DNA of 62,986 nt, filler included, from Reclinomonas americana ATCC 50394 (taxonomy: Eukaryota), in the NCBI GenBank assembly GCA_048213135.1. It is 7 parts of 4 records of this genome, joined end to end, with 100 filler letters (N's around TTAATTAATTAA, not from the genome) between each part and the next. Parts side by side here need not be neighbours in the genome. Positions count along the whole stretch, not along the records: positions 1 to 14,263 come from PS015191.1; positions 14,364 to 29,754 come from PS015191.1; 5 more parts are not named here. The stretch is one strand, 5' to 3'. Position 1 is the stretch's first letter; each line of letters opens with the position of its first letter. Under the pieces are notes generated by a model, which did not search any database, was not told the DNA's origin, and was given only the letters and a program-made list of their open reading frames with translations. Both the position numbers and the translations under genes were made by a program. Shown here one piece after another: positions 12,320 through 24,799 of the stretch.

Positions 12320-14207
12320 CTATTTGAATCCCATTAGTGAGGGGTCAAGCTGTGCGCAGCGGCGGCAGGAAACGCCAGTGAGCACGTTGAAAGCAGTACA
12401 GTGGCGAACGGCGCACATCATACACACCTGCTTGCCCTTCTTGCCCTTCTTCTTGTTGCCGCCCTTCTTGTCGGTGGCGGCCGCGCTAAATCCGCTCAGA
12501 TCGGAGCCTGCCGACGAGCGTCCCGACTCGAATGCTCGGTGGGTAACAAACTGCAATGAATCGTGCGTGAGAAGACGACGCCGATCAACCAACATTAAAA
12601 GCAAGAGACATTACCTCCTGTGCAAAGCTCTGCGCTCGTTGACTGTGTCCGAGGTACTGGCCGAGGTACTCGCGCACTTCGTTGTCGGTCGGCAGCGTGA
12701 GCAGGTAGCGTACCAGCGTCAGATCTGCACCGGTGGAACGATCAGAAAGCGTGCACGCGATGTGTGCAGAAGGGGTAATGCGACGATGCGCACCGTCAGA
12801 GCCATTAATGGCCTTCAGTTCCGTGCGGCACCATGCCTCGAATTGCGGAGACATGGACACAGCGGACTCTGCCTCCCCTCCACGGGCGGAAGCTGCTGGT
12901 CCGGCAGCCGCACCCTGCTTTCCACTCTTGCCCTTCTTGGTCTCCATTTGCGGCAGTGACGGGAAATCGTCGGGCTCACTGCAGGCGAGAGTGCGCGTCA
13001 GCTGCAGTCACTCAAAAACAAATTCACGCACTCCACTCATACCTGCGATTCGACGACTGCTTTGTCACCACCTCGGGGCTGGACGGCTCATCCTCCACGT
13101 CCCAGAACAGCTCCGAGTCCTCACTGTCATTCACATAAGCACAGCGCCACAAATGAGTGCACAAGCAACGGACGCAACGCTGGTGGCGGTGCGCCTCTGC
13201 CCTGAGCAGCAGGAGCACCGGCAGGGGCGTTCCAGCGGGCTTGTCGGCCAGTGGCGGCTTGCACCTTGACCTTGGGCGCCGACTGCGCCTGGTGCGGGGT
13301 GGGGAAGTTTTCCGATTCAGGTGCTGGCCGAGCGATGGCAGCCGGTGCACCATTGCCGCGACCGCGACCCATTGACGGCGCGGAAATCGACGCAGGTGCG
13401 GGGGAAGAGCTGCTGCTCCACACCGTGGAAACACCACCGCGAGCCGGCTGCACAATGTTGCGCTTCGCCTGCCTCTGCGCCTCCATGGCTCGTTCTTGCT
13501 CTTCGCGAATGGACGCGAGAGAAACGGCGGCCACCGGAGCAGTGGGCGCCTGCATGTGAGTGCCAGATCAGTACATCAGAGGGACAGCAATGCACAGAGT
13601 GGCGCCACACGAACCGCGTTCCAAGGGCCCTGACGCCGCGTCTGCATCAGTCGCTCCTGCTCCTCCGCCTGCAGGCGCAGCGCGCGTTGTCTCTCTGTCT
13701 CGAATTGCTCCACTTCGGCGTTCTGCAACTTCATGATCTCGCGGAAAGACAACTCAGCTGGCACACACAAGTACACAGTGAGTCATCGGTGGCGAACGGC
13801 AAAGGAACGAGACAAGCAAACGCATGCTCTGCGCACATTGCTTGGCACTGGCCGCTGGCGCAGCTGCGGGAGCCTTGGCGGCCGAGGCTGGCCGACGAGA
13901 CTTGTCCTGCCGCTGAGGCACTGGTGCGGGCTCAGGCTCCTCCTCCTCCAGCTCCTCCTCCGGTTCCTCCTCTTGGGGCAGCAGACGTGACTGCGTAGCC
14001 ATACCGACATGTCAGTACGAAACACCATCCAACAACAGGTTGCTTTCCTCGTCTCACCTTGGCAGCCGGCGGCAGCAAGTCGGCCAGCGAGTACACTGCC
14101 GGCGGTGCACGGCGCTCTGCCAGGGGAACGAGATCAATGCCAGTGGCCGACGGTGGCAACTTGACAGGTACCGGTGCCGGCTCCTCGACGGGTGCAGCGG
14201 CCTTCTG
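12320..14207 (-). CDS. GIGYF/Smy2-like protein, C-terminal part (5' end lost in gap)
   Basis: SFREIM and SLASIREEQ motifs; FEAWCRTEL...LTLVRYLLTL...EVREYLGQYLG...AQSFAQEF; KKKGKKGKQ-LDPSLMGF terminus, typical of GYF-protein C-termini. The GYF domain itself is not seen. Confidence 0.7.
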
Positions 14208-14263
14208 CTGAAAGTAGAAGAGAAATGAGCTCACAGATCGCATTATGTGGATGCTGTGACAGC

Positions 14264-14363
14264 NNNNNNNNNNNNNNNNNNNNNNNNNNNNNNNNNNNNN
14301 NNNNNNNTTAATTAATTAANNNNNNNNNNNNNNNNNNNNNNNNNNNNNNNNNNNNNNNNNNNN
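14264..14363. other. Assembly gap with artificial all-frame stop linker (44 N + TTAATTAATTAA + 44 N); same construct at 29755-29854, 38201-38300, 50677-50776, 54304-54403 and 61765-61864
   Basis: Identical 12-mer centred in exactly 100-nt gaps six times. Confidence 0.97.
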
Positions 14364-15267
14364 GCCGACTGCTGTGCGCGGATCAGTGGTGCTCAGCACC
14401 CCAGTGGACGGCGTGAATGCCGTCGCGGAGGAGACGGCCGCCACCGGCACATGGTGGGACTGGCTCGAGTGTGTTTCGTTTTTTGCTTGTCGTCTCACTG
14501 TGTCCCTCCGTGCAGCGGCTGCTCCTGGTCGAGCCTCGTCATCTTCTGGGTCTGCACCGCCGTCCAGTGGACCATTGGCGTGGGTCTCCTCATTGCCGCC
14601 AACGTCATCTCGGGGCCTGCGTCAGACCAGGGAGCTGGTGAGTCGGAGGGGCATTGTCTTTTGTGGTCTCGCTCATCACTTCCCCCGTCTCCCATCGCGC
14701 AGGTTTGACACTCTGGCAGTCGGTGTTGTACGACTATTGCGCCTGCTTGTTTGTCGGCTGCGCCATTGCATTCGGCGTGGTTGGTCTGCGCCTCATGCTC
14801 AAGCTGCGCCGCTCGCCCATGCACACCAGTCGCTGGCGTGCGCTAATCAAGAAGGTTTTTTTCGTTTTGGCGTCTTTCATCGTTGCTCGTCGATCATCCG
14901 TGCTGAACGAGGGCGAACCAGGTGGCCTTCCTCACGGGCATGTGCATCGTGGCCTTCACCACGAGAGCGGTGGTGATTTTTGTGGAGGTGCATTCCACGC
15001 TGCACCTGCTCGATGACCCGCGAATTGCGCTGGTGCGTGTGCCACGTGCTTGCTGGCTTTGATTTTCATTGTTCACCTGCGATTCACTTGCATTTGTTTT
15101 CCCCCGGGGCAAAACAACAGGGCTACTACGGCATCCTGGAGGTGGTGCCCATCTTCTCCCTCTTGTGGGTGTTGCCACGGCCACAAGAATCACACGTCGA
15201 AGACTCCACCAAGGGCGGTTCCGCGATCCACGCCTCACACACGGGCATGTCGCCCTACAAGAGGTAA
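14364..15267 (+). CDS. 7TM-like membrane protein, THH1/TOM1/GPR137-like, 5' partial
   Basis: Spliced helices LVIFWVCTAVQWTIGVGLL, CAIAFGVVGLRLMLKL, KKVAFLTGMCIVAFTTRAV and YYGILEVVPIFSLLWVL. The F-x-x-R and E-x-x-P pattern matches this family by eye. Confidence 0.6.
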
Positions 15268-15330
15268 ACGGGGGGCGCGAATAGCGCGTGCGCCACACTA
15301 ATGAGTAAAGAAAACGCCGTTGCGCCGTTG

Positions 15331-16984
15331 CTACACCGCGTCGCTCAGCACCGTGAGCAACTCGTGCAGCACCGACGACACATTGCTGGTCAGCTGCAAT
15401 GACAGGAATGAGAAGGGAGGGGAGGAAAAAGGAAAGGAAGGAGGGAAGGGACGGGCGCACGCAACTCGCAAGCGCCCAGCTGTATGTACCGTGTAGCCCC
15501 CGAGCGACACACTCAGCAGGTGCAGGCCGGTGAGCTCCAAGTTGAAGGTGGAAAACATGAATTGCTCGAGATGCGACACGGCGCTGGTGGCGTCGTGTTG
15601 ACTGCAGCAGCGACGAGGCGCGTGAGCAACATGTGTTTGTGGGTGGGCAGGGATAGTGTCGAGTGTGCCGCACCACAACTGGAGCCACAGATCGGCGGGA
15701 AACTCGGCGGTCATCGTCTGCAGCGCACCGTGCTCCGTCGTGTCTTCGGTACCTACACCGAATACGAACTCGCACTGCTGGCTGCAAGTGTGCATGAGCA
15801 ACAAACAAGGGGAGGAGCGACTGGAAAGTAACCAAACGCAACGACACCATGGCAGCCACGTCACCATCGTCTCCACCTTCCGCTTCGTCGTCGCCACTCC
15901 CACGACCGTCGTCGGTCTCCCGGCGACGCACAACCGTCTTCCGCGCCCTTCCTTTCACCCTGCCTCGTTCTTTCGCCGCCACCGCCTCTCTCCCTCGCAT
16001 GACGGCGGCCACCGACTGACACACGGCCGAGGCCGCCACACGCAACACGTGCGGCGGCAGCAACGCTTCAAAGAACCGACAGTCGAGCAGCGCACACACG
16101 GTGCTCACGTACTTGGCCAGCGCACTGGCTGGCGTGGCACGCAACAGCGCCAGCCGACACAGGTGACGACCATGCGGTGTGGGCGCCGCGCGTCGTCGAC
16201 CTGCATGCCAGGTGAGAAACAACGGGGAGAAAGCGGAAGAAAAAAGCTGCAGTCAGCTGACCTGCCGCGGCCGCTCGCGGCGACATGCTGCTCGCTCGTC
16301 GCAGTGGCGACGGGCCACGCGCCGCCACCTCCACCGACATGGGCGCCGGCGCCTAACTCAAAACCACGTGAGCCAGCAGCAGGAATGCGAAAAAGAACAC
16401 TGCATACACCTCCGCCAGCATCGTCTCCTCCAGCTGCGAACTGGCAAACACCGATCGCGTCGTGAACTCCTGCTCCAGCGCCTCGCGTCCATCTACACTC
16501 CCCCCGATGAGCAACACAGATAAAGAGACAGACTGCACGACAACAAACCATCAAAACGACACCGCAGAAAGCACAGCTCAAACACCACACGCTCCTCTTC
16601 TCCAACACGCATCAGCACCACCTGCTCTGGATCACCACGCTCCTCATTGGCCTCTGCATACGCTCGTGTGAGCACACCAAACAAGCAAATGACCAACCCA
16701 TTGATGATCACGCACCATGCACCACCCATTGCACCGAATGCACCGTGGACCTCTACGCACACATATACACATGATCAGTGTCTCTCCGCCAGCGCACGAA
16801 GTACTGCATGCACCAGCGCAACTGCAGCATCGAGCGCACTCTGCAGCTTCCCGCTCACAGGCGACACATTCAGCACATGCGCCTCCAGTCGGCCCTCACG
16901 ATGCGGCAGTCCGTGTAGAGGCGACACGCGGAACAGGTGCCACTCGCCAGCAGCACCGGAAAGCAGCGCGTGCACATCAGTCAT
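15331..16984 (-). CDS. CENPL: Centromere protein L (CENP-L/Iml3/Fta1)-like
   Basis: N-terminal LL...WHLFRVSPLH; middle LALLR...VCALLDCRF; C-terminal LEQFMFSTFNLELTGLHLLSVSLGGYTVHTAGRLRL, paralleling CENP-L W-x-L-Y-x-x-T-P-L, F-D-C-x-F and F-x-I-x-L-x-x-x-x-L-x-x-V-S...DGKIKI. Recognised by eye. Confidence 0.7.
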
Positions 16985-16993
16985 TGTTTATGT

Positions 16994-17034
16994 AAATCCG
17001 GCGCCAAAATTTGGTGTCGGATTTCGAATTCGAA
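16994..17034. promoter_or_regulatory. Putative cell-cycle element cluster upstream of CENP-L: E2F-like TTTTGGCGCC within an inverted repeat, plus tandem TTCGAA (CHR-like)
   Basis: GGCGCCAAAA at 17000-17009; imperfect inverted repeat 16994-17024; TTCGAA at 17023 and 17029. Confidence 0.4.
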
Positions 17035-17489
17035 CCACTGTCCGATCTTGGTGTGAAGAGAGAGCAGAGTGTGTGCTTGGGACGCCTGTGTGTTCTCTCT
17101 CTGTGTTTGTGTGCGTACTCGTGCAAACGCTCTGGTTATCATCTGTGTGTGAGTGAACGAGTGGAGTGAGTGAGTGAGAGAGCAAGTCGGAAAAGCCGAG
17201 GTGAGTCCGCAGCAACCACCAACGTCCCGTGTGCGAGAGTGAGAGAGAGAGAGGAAGAGAGAGGAAGTGTGTGTTGTGCATGTCGTTCCTTGTGTGTGCG
17301 TGTGTGTGCGTATGTGTGTGACAGAGAGAGCGAGGATGCCGCGCTTTGTTCGTGACGTTGCTCGTTTCGATATCTCGCACACACGCACACACACACCCAC
17401 GCACACCTTGCAAGCAACAGAGAGAGAGAGAGCGAACAACACAGAGAGCACACACGCATGCACACCACTCATCTCTGTCCAAACTGAGC

Positions 17490-20379
17490 ATGGATGCGAT
17501 TCTGATCTCTCTTGTATTTTGTATTGCCAGCTCGGAAAACATGCGGACCTCGGTGTGGTTCATGAACGGCGTTGGCTGGGCTGCCTCCTCGCCTATTGCC
17601 TTTGCAGTGCTCCTGCGATACATTATCCATCTGAGCCCCTTTTGTGCCACCTGCAACACCTATCCGTTCTTCTACGTCGCTGTCGTTGCGTTTTCATCAT
17701 TGTCATCATTGTGCTCTCCCCCCCTCGTCCAACTTGCACTCAAACACATACACAGTACTCTGTGATCATGTTTGTGGCCTCGGTGGTCTATTTCATCGTG
17801 CAAGTGCTGCGGTGAGGGAGTTGTGGAGCGAGTGTGCGTGAGTTGCTCTGGTGACTGACTCTTGGTGTGCGTTGACAGATCGGACCCCGAGAAGCAAGTG
17901 TTTCCGCTCAGCATGTGGCAGTACGGTGTGCTGTCGGTGTTTCATGTGGCGTCGCACTTGTTGAGCATCAAGGCTCTCGAGTCGGCGTACATGACAGTTG
18001 GCCGGTGCGTCTCCTCCCTGTCCATCCGCATCTCTGCTCCTTCTCACCCTCTCGCCGCTTCAGTTTCCTGGTGTTTGAGCTCGTCGACATTGTCATTATG
18101 CTCGTGCTCGGCTCGTGGTTCCTCGGTCGCCGCTGCCACAAGGTGTGGCGTGTGCTGATTGGCAGCATCTTGGCGGTCGGTGGTGTGGCCGTGTTCTGGT
18201 TGACCGTCTGGGATGGTGCGTTTGCGTGTGCGTGCGTGTCTGCACAGACGGTGGATACTCATCGGGAATCGCTCTGTGTGTGCGCAGTGTTCTTCCGCGG
18301 AACTACCGTCCCGTCGGGCAAGTACAACCTGCTTGGCGTGTTGTATGTGTTCCTGGCCCGCATTTGCTGGGTCTCGCGGGGCGTGCTGTCGCGCCGCTTC
18401 CTGGTGCGCGCTGGCGCCAGTGTCAACCCTGAGGCGCTGGTGGATCGTGTGGAGGCCATCAAGGGTGCCGAAGAGTACAGCACGCCGGTTGCGTCTCACC
18501 ATTTTTCTCTGTGTGAAAAAGTCCTCGCGCGTGTTCTCACCCCGGCGGCACAGGAGGGCAAGAAGACGCTCCCCGACGAGTACAAGCGCGGTCACTTGTT
18601 TATCGGCCGCGACGACATGGAGCTCACGCAGCTCGACCAGATCTTCGACAATGCCATGTACGACGCCGAGTATGTGAGGTCAGTCACGATTCTCGCACTG
18701 CCATCGACTGCCCCTCCTCACTCATCGCTCTCCTCCCGCAGCACCACGCGCGATTCGACGTTCCAGTTGCACGCGATTGGCGGTGGAATGGTGCTGGCAC
18801 CGGCTGCCATTTTCGCGTCGGTGATGAATGGCGAGACGCCGGACACATTCAACCAGATCACCGGCGCTCCCATTGTGACCTTGGTGCTGCTTGGCATCAT
18901 GGCGGCGCTCTTCCCCTTCCGCTCGCTCTTCACCAGCAATGTTGCGTCCACTGCGTTTTGCCCCGCGATGTGTGCGGTCTCGGCTAATCCCCCCCACCTT
19001 TGCAGTTTGTGAGTAACTCGTCGTCGGGCACGTTGTTTGGCTGGCGTGTGAGCAAGATCGTGTTGGGCGTGTGCGCCGGCATTGTGCTGTTCGACGATGA
19101 GTTGTCGACGGCCACCCAGATTGCCGGCCTCGCCACGGCCATTGCCGGCCACTTTATCATTCGCCATGCCTACGGCCGCTCGATGGAGAACGACTATGTG
19201 CGATTCCAGATTGCCGCCCTCGACACACACTTTGGCGGCGAGCTGCAAGCCGAGGATGCACGTGCGCTCATCCGCGTGCACCGCCTGCTCGGTTTCGAGA
19301 CCTTCCAGCGCATCATGTTCCAGGCCGCGCTGCACGAGGACACCAAGCAGTGGCGCAACACGGCGCCGCGTTCGCTCGACGTGCGCCGCGTGCTCGACCA
19401 GGACGACGCCCGTCTCCGTGCGTGGTTGGCGCAGGGTGTGCCGGGTGCGCGCGACCCCATGTTCCAGCAGCACGGCACGGTGGCCGACCTTGAGGCCGGC
19501 TACTTCAAGCCAACTCGTTGCGTCTTTATTCTGTTTTTCTGCCCCTTTATCGGATGCGAGTGCTGACGAGGATTGTGTTTTTTTGATTTTTTACAGCTGG
19601 TGGATCGCTGANNNNNNNNNNNNNNNNNNNNNNNNNNNNNNNNNNNNNNNNNNNNNNNNNNNNNNNNNNNNNNNNNNNNNNNNNNNNNNNNNNNNNNNNN
19701 NNNNNNNNNNNNNNNNNNNNNNNNNNNNNNNNNNNNNNNNNNNNNNNNNNNNNNNNNNNNNNNNNNNNNNNNNNNNNNNNNNNNNNNNNNNNNNNNNNNN
19801 NNNNNNNNNNNNNNNNNNNNNNNNNNNNNNNNNNNNNNNNNNNNNNNNNNNNNNNNNNNNNNNNNNNNNNNNNNNNNNNNNNNNNNNNNNNNNNNNNNNN
19901 NNNNNNNNNNNNNNNNNNNNNNNNNNNNNNNNNNNNNNNNNNNNNNNNNNNNNNNNNNNNNNNNNNNNNNNNNNNNNNNNNNNNNNNNNNNNNNNNNNNN
20001 NNNNNNNNNNNNNNNNNNNNNNNNNNNNNNNNNNNNNNNNNNNNNNNNNNNNNNNNNNNNNNNNNNNNNNNNNNNNNNNNNNNNNNNNNNNNNNNNNNNN
20101 NNNNNNNNNNNNNNNNNNNNNNNNNNNNNNNNNNNNNNNNNNNNNNNNNNNNNNNNNNNNNNNNNNNNNNNNNNNNNNNNNNNNNNNNNNNNNNNNNNNN
20201 NNNNNNNNNNNNNNNNNNNNNNNNNNNNNNNNNNNNNNNNNNNNNNNNNNNNNNNNNNNNNNNNNNNNNNNNNNNNNNNNNNNNNNNNNNNNNNNNNNNN
20301 NNNNNNNNNNNNNNNTTTTCCTCTTCCTGTTCTAGAATCGATTCGTGGTGCTCGTCGGCAACGGCACCACACCGTGTAA
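17490..20379 (+). CDS. DMT-superfamily (TPT/nucleotide-sugar transporter-like) multi-pass membrane protein; start uncertain, last exon beyond an N-gap
   Basis: About 10 hydrophobic helices after splicing, with HLLSIKAL, LLGVLYVFLA and SKIVLGVCAGIVLFDDELSTATQIAGLATAIAG, typical of the EamA/TPT C-terminal repeat. Confidence 0.65.
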
Positions 20380-20434
20380 AAGCGAAACGTGTAAGGCTAC
20401 AATGCGTGTGTCGCTCTAGTCTCATTCGTTTGCG

Positions 20435-22198
20435 TCAGAAGCGAGCCAGAGCACCACCGTCACAGCGAATGCCTTCGCCAGTGATAAACGCGGACATAGG
20501 GGAGGCGAGGAACGCCACGACCTTGGCCGTGTCCTCGGGCTCGCCGTGGCGCCCGAGAATGGTGCCCTGTCGACCGGCCTGTGCGAGTAAAAGAAAGTGA
20601 GGAGATGCGTGGAGCGGGCAAAACAAAGATATGCTTTACCTTTTTCACAAACTCGGCAATGCCCTGCGAGCCGGGAGTCAGCGTGATTCCAGTCTTGACG
20701 CAATTGACGCGAATGTTGTGCTTGCCGAGAGCCTGGGCAAATGACTGCAAAACAAAGGGGACCGTGCGATGAGAGAATAAGGGAAGGAGCAAGGGGCGAG
20801 AAGCCACATGGTCACCTCGGTGAGCGACAGCACCGCTGTGCATACTCGATGAGTGAACGGAGAAATGAGGGGGGAAGGGAGTGGAAGACAATGGAAACGC
20901 AACCCGCTTTCGAGGCGCTGTACGCAGTCATGTGGTTGTCTGCATGTTTCACTGAGGTGTGAGCAACCAGCAAGCGATATCAGCAACAGCCATGCGATCG
21001 CAACTGGCGCGCTCCGAGACCACCGACCCAATGTTGATGATGCTGCCGCCTTGGTTCTGGGAGGGACGGAGGGAGGGAGGGAGTGAGCGAATGTATGAGG
21101 AGTGCATTGTGACCTTGGCGTCGCCCTCACCTGCTCGATCATGGCCTCGGCGGCCACCTTGGACCAGTAACTCAGCCCCTTGACATTGACAGCCATCACA
21201 CGATCCCACACGTCGTCGGTGCACTCCAGCGGCTTGTTCAGCGGGTACATGCCGGCGTTGTTGACCAGCACGTCCAGGCGGCCGCAATCGCGCATCACGC
21301 TGCCGATGACGTGGTTGGCCTCGTCGAGGCGGCGTGCGTCGGCCACGTAGAAGCGGTGCTTGCTGGGATGGAGGGGAGGGAGAAGGGGAAGGGTGAGGAG
21401 ACGACGATGAGGGGGAGGGGGAGGGGGAAAGGAGAAGGAGGGGGGAAAGGAGAAGGAGAAGAAGAAGGGATAGAACAAGAACAACAAGGAGAGAGAGGAG
21501 GAGGAGGAGAAGAAGAAGAAGAAGAACAAGAACACGAACAAGGACAAGAAGAATAAAAAGAACGAGAAGGAGAAGGAGAAGAAGAAGAAGAAGAACAAAA
21601 AACAAGAACAAGAAAGAACACGAACAAGAAGAACAAGAAGGAGATGAAGGAGGAGGAGAAGAAGAAGAAGAAGGAGAAGGGAAGAGAGGGAGGAGGAGAA
21701 GGAGGAGGAGGAGGAGGAGGAGGAGGAGAAATAGAAGACAGAAGAAGGGGCAAGAGAGAACACAGTGCAGAAGGAGAAGAAGAAGAAGAAGAAGAAGAGG
21801 TTGGTAGACAAGGAGGGAGGGAGGTCAGTATTCTCCTGCATGCAACTCACCCCTCACTCGGAAGCGAGCGCAATGCATCCGTGCCGCAAGCTTGATTCAT
21901 GTCGACAATGACAACTGTGCAGCCGCATGCAGCCAGCTGCTTGGCACATGCCAGGCCGATGCCTGAGCGACAACATGAGTAAGACAGAACGAGAGTGTGT
22001 GTGTGAGAGAGAGAGAGACCTTGCGCGCCACCAGTGACCACGGCGACCTGTGTGCATGCATGCAGTGTGCATTTTTCCGACAGTGAGAAACGGACTGTGT
22101 TGTGCACTGTGGAGAGACATGCAAGCTACCTTGCCGTGGAGGCCGAGAAGCTCTTCGGGAGAGGGCGTGCTGGGGCTCGCTTTCGCGCTGGCGCTCAT
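20435..22198 (-). CDS. Classical short-chain dehydrogenase/reductase
   Basis: [29 protein letters not shown], catalytic YSASK, NIRVN, FITG...DGG after splicing. Confidence 0.95.
21365..21800. repeat. Purine-rich (GAA/GGA/CAA) low-complexity tract expanding an SDR intron to ~490 nt
   Basis: Directly visible. Confidence 0.9.
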
Positions 22199-22249
22199 GG
22201 AAACAAGGAATTGATGCAGGACAAAACGTGGTGAAGTTGTCTTTGCCTT

Positions 22250-23766
22250 TCACTGCCCCTTCAAAATGCTCTCCAGCCGATCGAGTGCGGCGTCAAACGA
22301 CAGAATGCCCTGATGTGAGGCGCCCTCGAACGCCCACTGCCGGACCGGCTGCGACTGCGCGGTCCACTCGTGCTTGGCGCGGTCCAGACTGCGCCCACCC
22401 ACAGTGCCGTCGCCATCCTCTTCAGTGGCCACCGACACGGGTGGTGCGGGAACTCGGTTGACGGCAAAGTCGGCGGCGTACGTGAACGCCGATTCTGTCT
22501 TCACGCCGGTGCCGCGGAGGACGTTTACGGCCACGTTGGGTGGCTGGAACGGGCCGAGAGTCAGCGAGCGCAGGCCCGCCACGTCGTACATGTCGGCGGC
22601 CTGCTGCAGGCCGAGATCGAGGAAGAGTTGTCGAAAGTCGGCCACCGTGTACGATTTTGTCGGCGTCTTGACCAGCACCTCCGCGGGCGACCACAGCGAG
22701 GCCTGCGGGAAGAGCCACGGACCGCTGGCGCACGTGGACTGAATGGGCCGGAAGAAGTCCTGCAGAGTGTGGCAGTCAGCAACAGGGGACTGAGCAATCG
22801 AGGTGCGGGCGCTGCACAACTGCTGGCAACACCGACACGCCAAAGTTGTCGCCCGAGACCATGGCCTTGACAGTGGACACGGCGCCTCCGAACGGCGGTG
22901 AGATGGCCGTGAACGAGGCAATGTGGGCATCCTTCCACTCCTGCGACTGCTGATGCAAGAAGTGGAGCGCCACCGGTCCGCCCATGGAGTGCGTCACCAA
23001 GTGTGCGCGTCGTCCCCCGTTCCGTGCCACCGTTTGCTCGACGAGCTCACGAAGGGCGCTGTAGTAGGTCGTGCTGCAGAGAGAGAGAGAGAGAGATCGA
23101 TGGTGAGACGCTGCGGTGCAAAGAAGGTCGCGATGAGTAGGCGAACAAACCCAGCAGGTCGGCCCGGCAGCTGCATCCAACTGAGACCGTCGGCCGCCAG
23201 TCGCCAATCGTAGGGGGCTCCGTGCAGGTTGACGCCGATCTGGTAGCCCATGGTGCTCACCAGACGCTTCACCATCGGCTCAAAGTAGGCCGGCGCATGA
23301 ATCGAGGGATCCAAGTAGGCGAGACCGCCGACACCAGTGCCAAAGTCCACCGAGCCGTCAATGTCGACGCCGGGCGTGTTGGAGTAGTGGCGAGTGGTGG
23401 CGTTGTAGTGCAGCTGGACGCGGTGGCGGAAGCAGTCGGGCACCAGTGTGAGCTCCTCCAGACTCAGCCACAGAGTGAACCAGTCGGTGGCGCCACCACG
23501 GCCGTGATGAGTGCTGCGACTGCAGTAAAAGTGTGGCTCCATGGTGTTGTTCAGTCGAGCGTGTAATACGGAGCCACCGAGGCCGTTGATGAGAACCACT
23601 GGCGGGAGTGTGTCGTCACTGGGGACTGCAGGGAGAATGATCATGAGGGTGAATGAAGATCATGGTCAGCAGGGGAGTGTTGTACTGTACCTGCTGCTTG
23701 TGAAGTTGTGATGCAGATGGCGAGGAGGAAGAGAAAGGCGAGGAGAGGGAGTACAGCGCGACTCAT
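22250..23766 (-). CDS. LCAT-family lysosomal phospholipase A2 (group XV-like) with signal peptide
   Basis: MSRAVLPLLAFLFLLAICITTSQA signal; PVVLINGLGGSVL, WFTLWL, GAPYDWR, THSMGG nucleophile elbow, DGDGTV, catalytic His in SHQGIL. Confidence 0.93.
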
Positions 23767-24332
23767 GATGCTGTTGCAGAGCTGCACAGCGTGTGCGCGC
23801 GCGCGAGAAAGCAAACGGAGTTTCAGACAGGTTCTCTTTTGTTGGACGAAGCTCCGGTTTTCGAACGCCGTGGCCACCAAGCCAACAACAACAACCCTGG
23901 CAGGCTGATAGGCGATGAGCGCATCCGAGGTCAGCTTCAGCACTGATCGCACAATGATCGATCCGGCAAGATCGATATATCGCGGTATACGTACACATGT
24001 ACAAAAACTATCGATCGCTGCGCAGTGCATGCAGCGTGCATGTACATGTATCACCATCGGAAGAGGCTGTCGCAGACCACCAGCTGTCACGATTAGTCTG
24101 TCAGCTTCTGCACGCAGCGGCCAGCAGATCGCCATCCTTCGATATTCGATTTCGATATCTCGCGATCGCGATGCCCAGCGAGCGAAAGCGCTGATAGCAC
24201 CTCACGCATCTCGCTACTCCACGTACCTCCTCCAACTGGAGCTCACAAGGTTGATCCCACAGCTGATGACAACTCGTGAACCGCCTCATTTTCTCAAAAT
24301 ACACTTCTTTTCCATCCTCTCCCGCAGCGTCA

Positions 24333-24711
24333 TCAATCTCGGTCAAAACAAGTGACCATCTCCGTGCCCACCTCCACCCCACAGTCCGCACACTCAATGT
24401 GATACATGCCATACATGCCCATGCTCTCCAGTCGCCAATGCTTGTCCACATGCCGACAAGTTCCGTCCGCGTTCTTCTTCATCGGCGGCTCTGCTGGTGC
24501 TGCCGGCACCACTGGCGCTGGTGGTGCAGCGACCTGCCTCACAGGCTTGCCATGCCGCTGCACAAGCGCCTTGCACGCCTTGCACTCGGCGAAATCCAGT
24601 CGCTGCCGCATCATCACCTGCGCGACAACATCAGCATTGACACTCAGCAATACAGCGCACACTGCTACTACTCACAGTCGCATCACACGAGGGGCACTTG
24701 AACTCGTCCAT
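24333..24711 (-). CDS. Small (~105 aa) putative double zinc-ribbon protein
   Basis: MDEFKCPSCDAT|intron GTGAGT..CAG|VMMRQRLDFAECKACK...CRH...CADCG, stop at 24333. Confidence 0.6.
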
Positions 24712-24799
24712 GATTCACTTCTCTCGCACAACAAACGAAAAACAGTTGTTTGTCCCACGCATGGGACTCGCGATCGGATTTCTTGCGCATTTGTCCGAG

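Noticed and set aside
14308-14319. TTAATTAATTAA repeated six times as a possible biological motif
   Set aside because: Always centred in exactly 100-nt N gaps and encodes stops in all frames, so it is an assembly linker.
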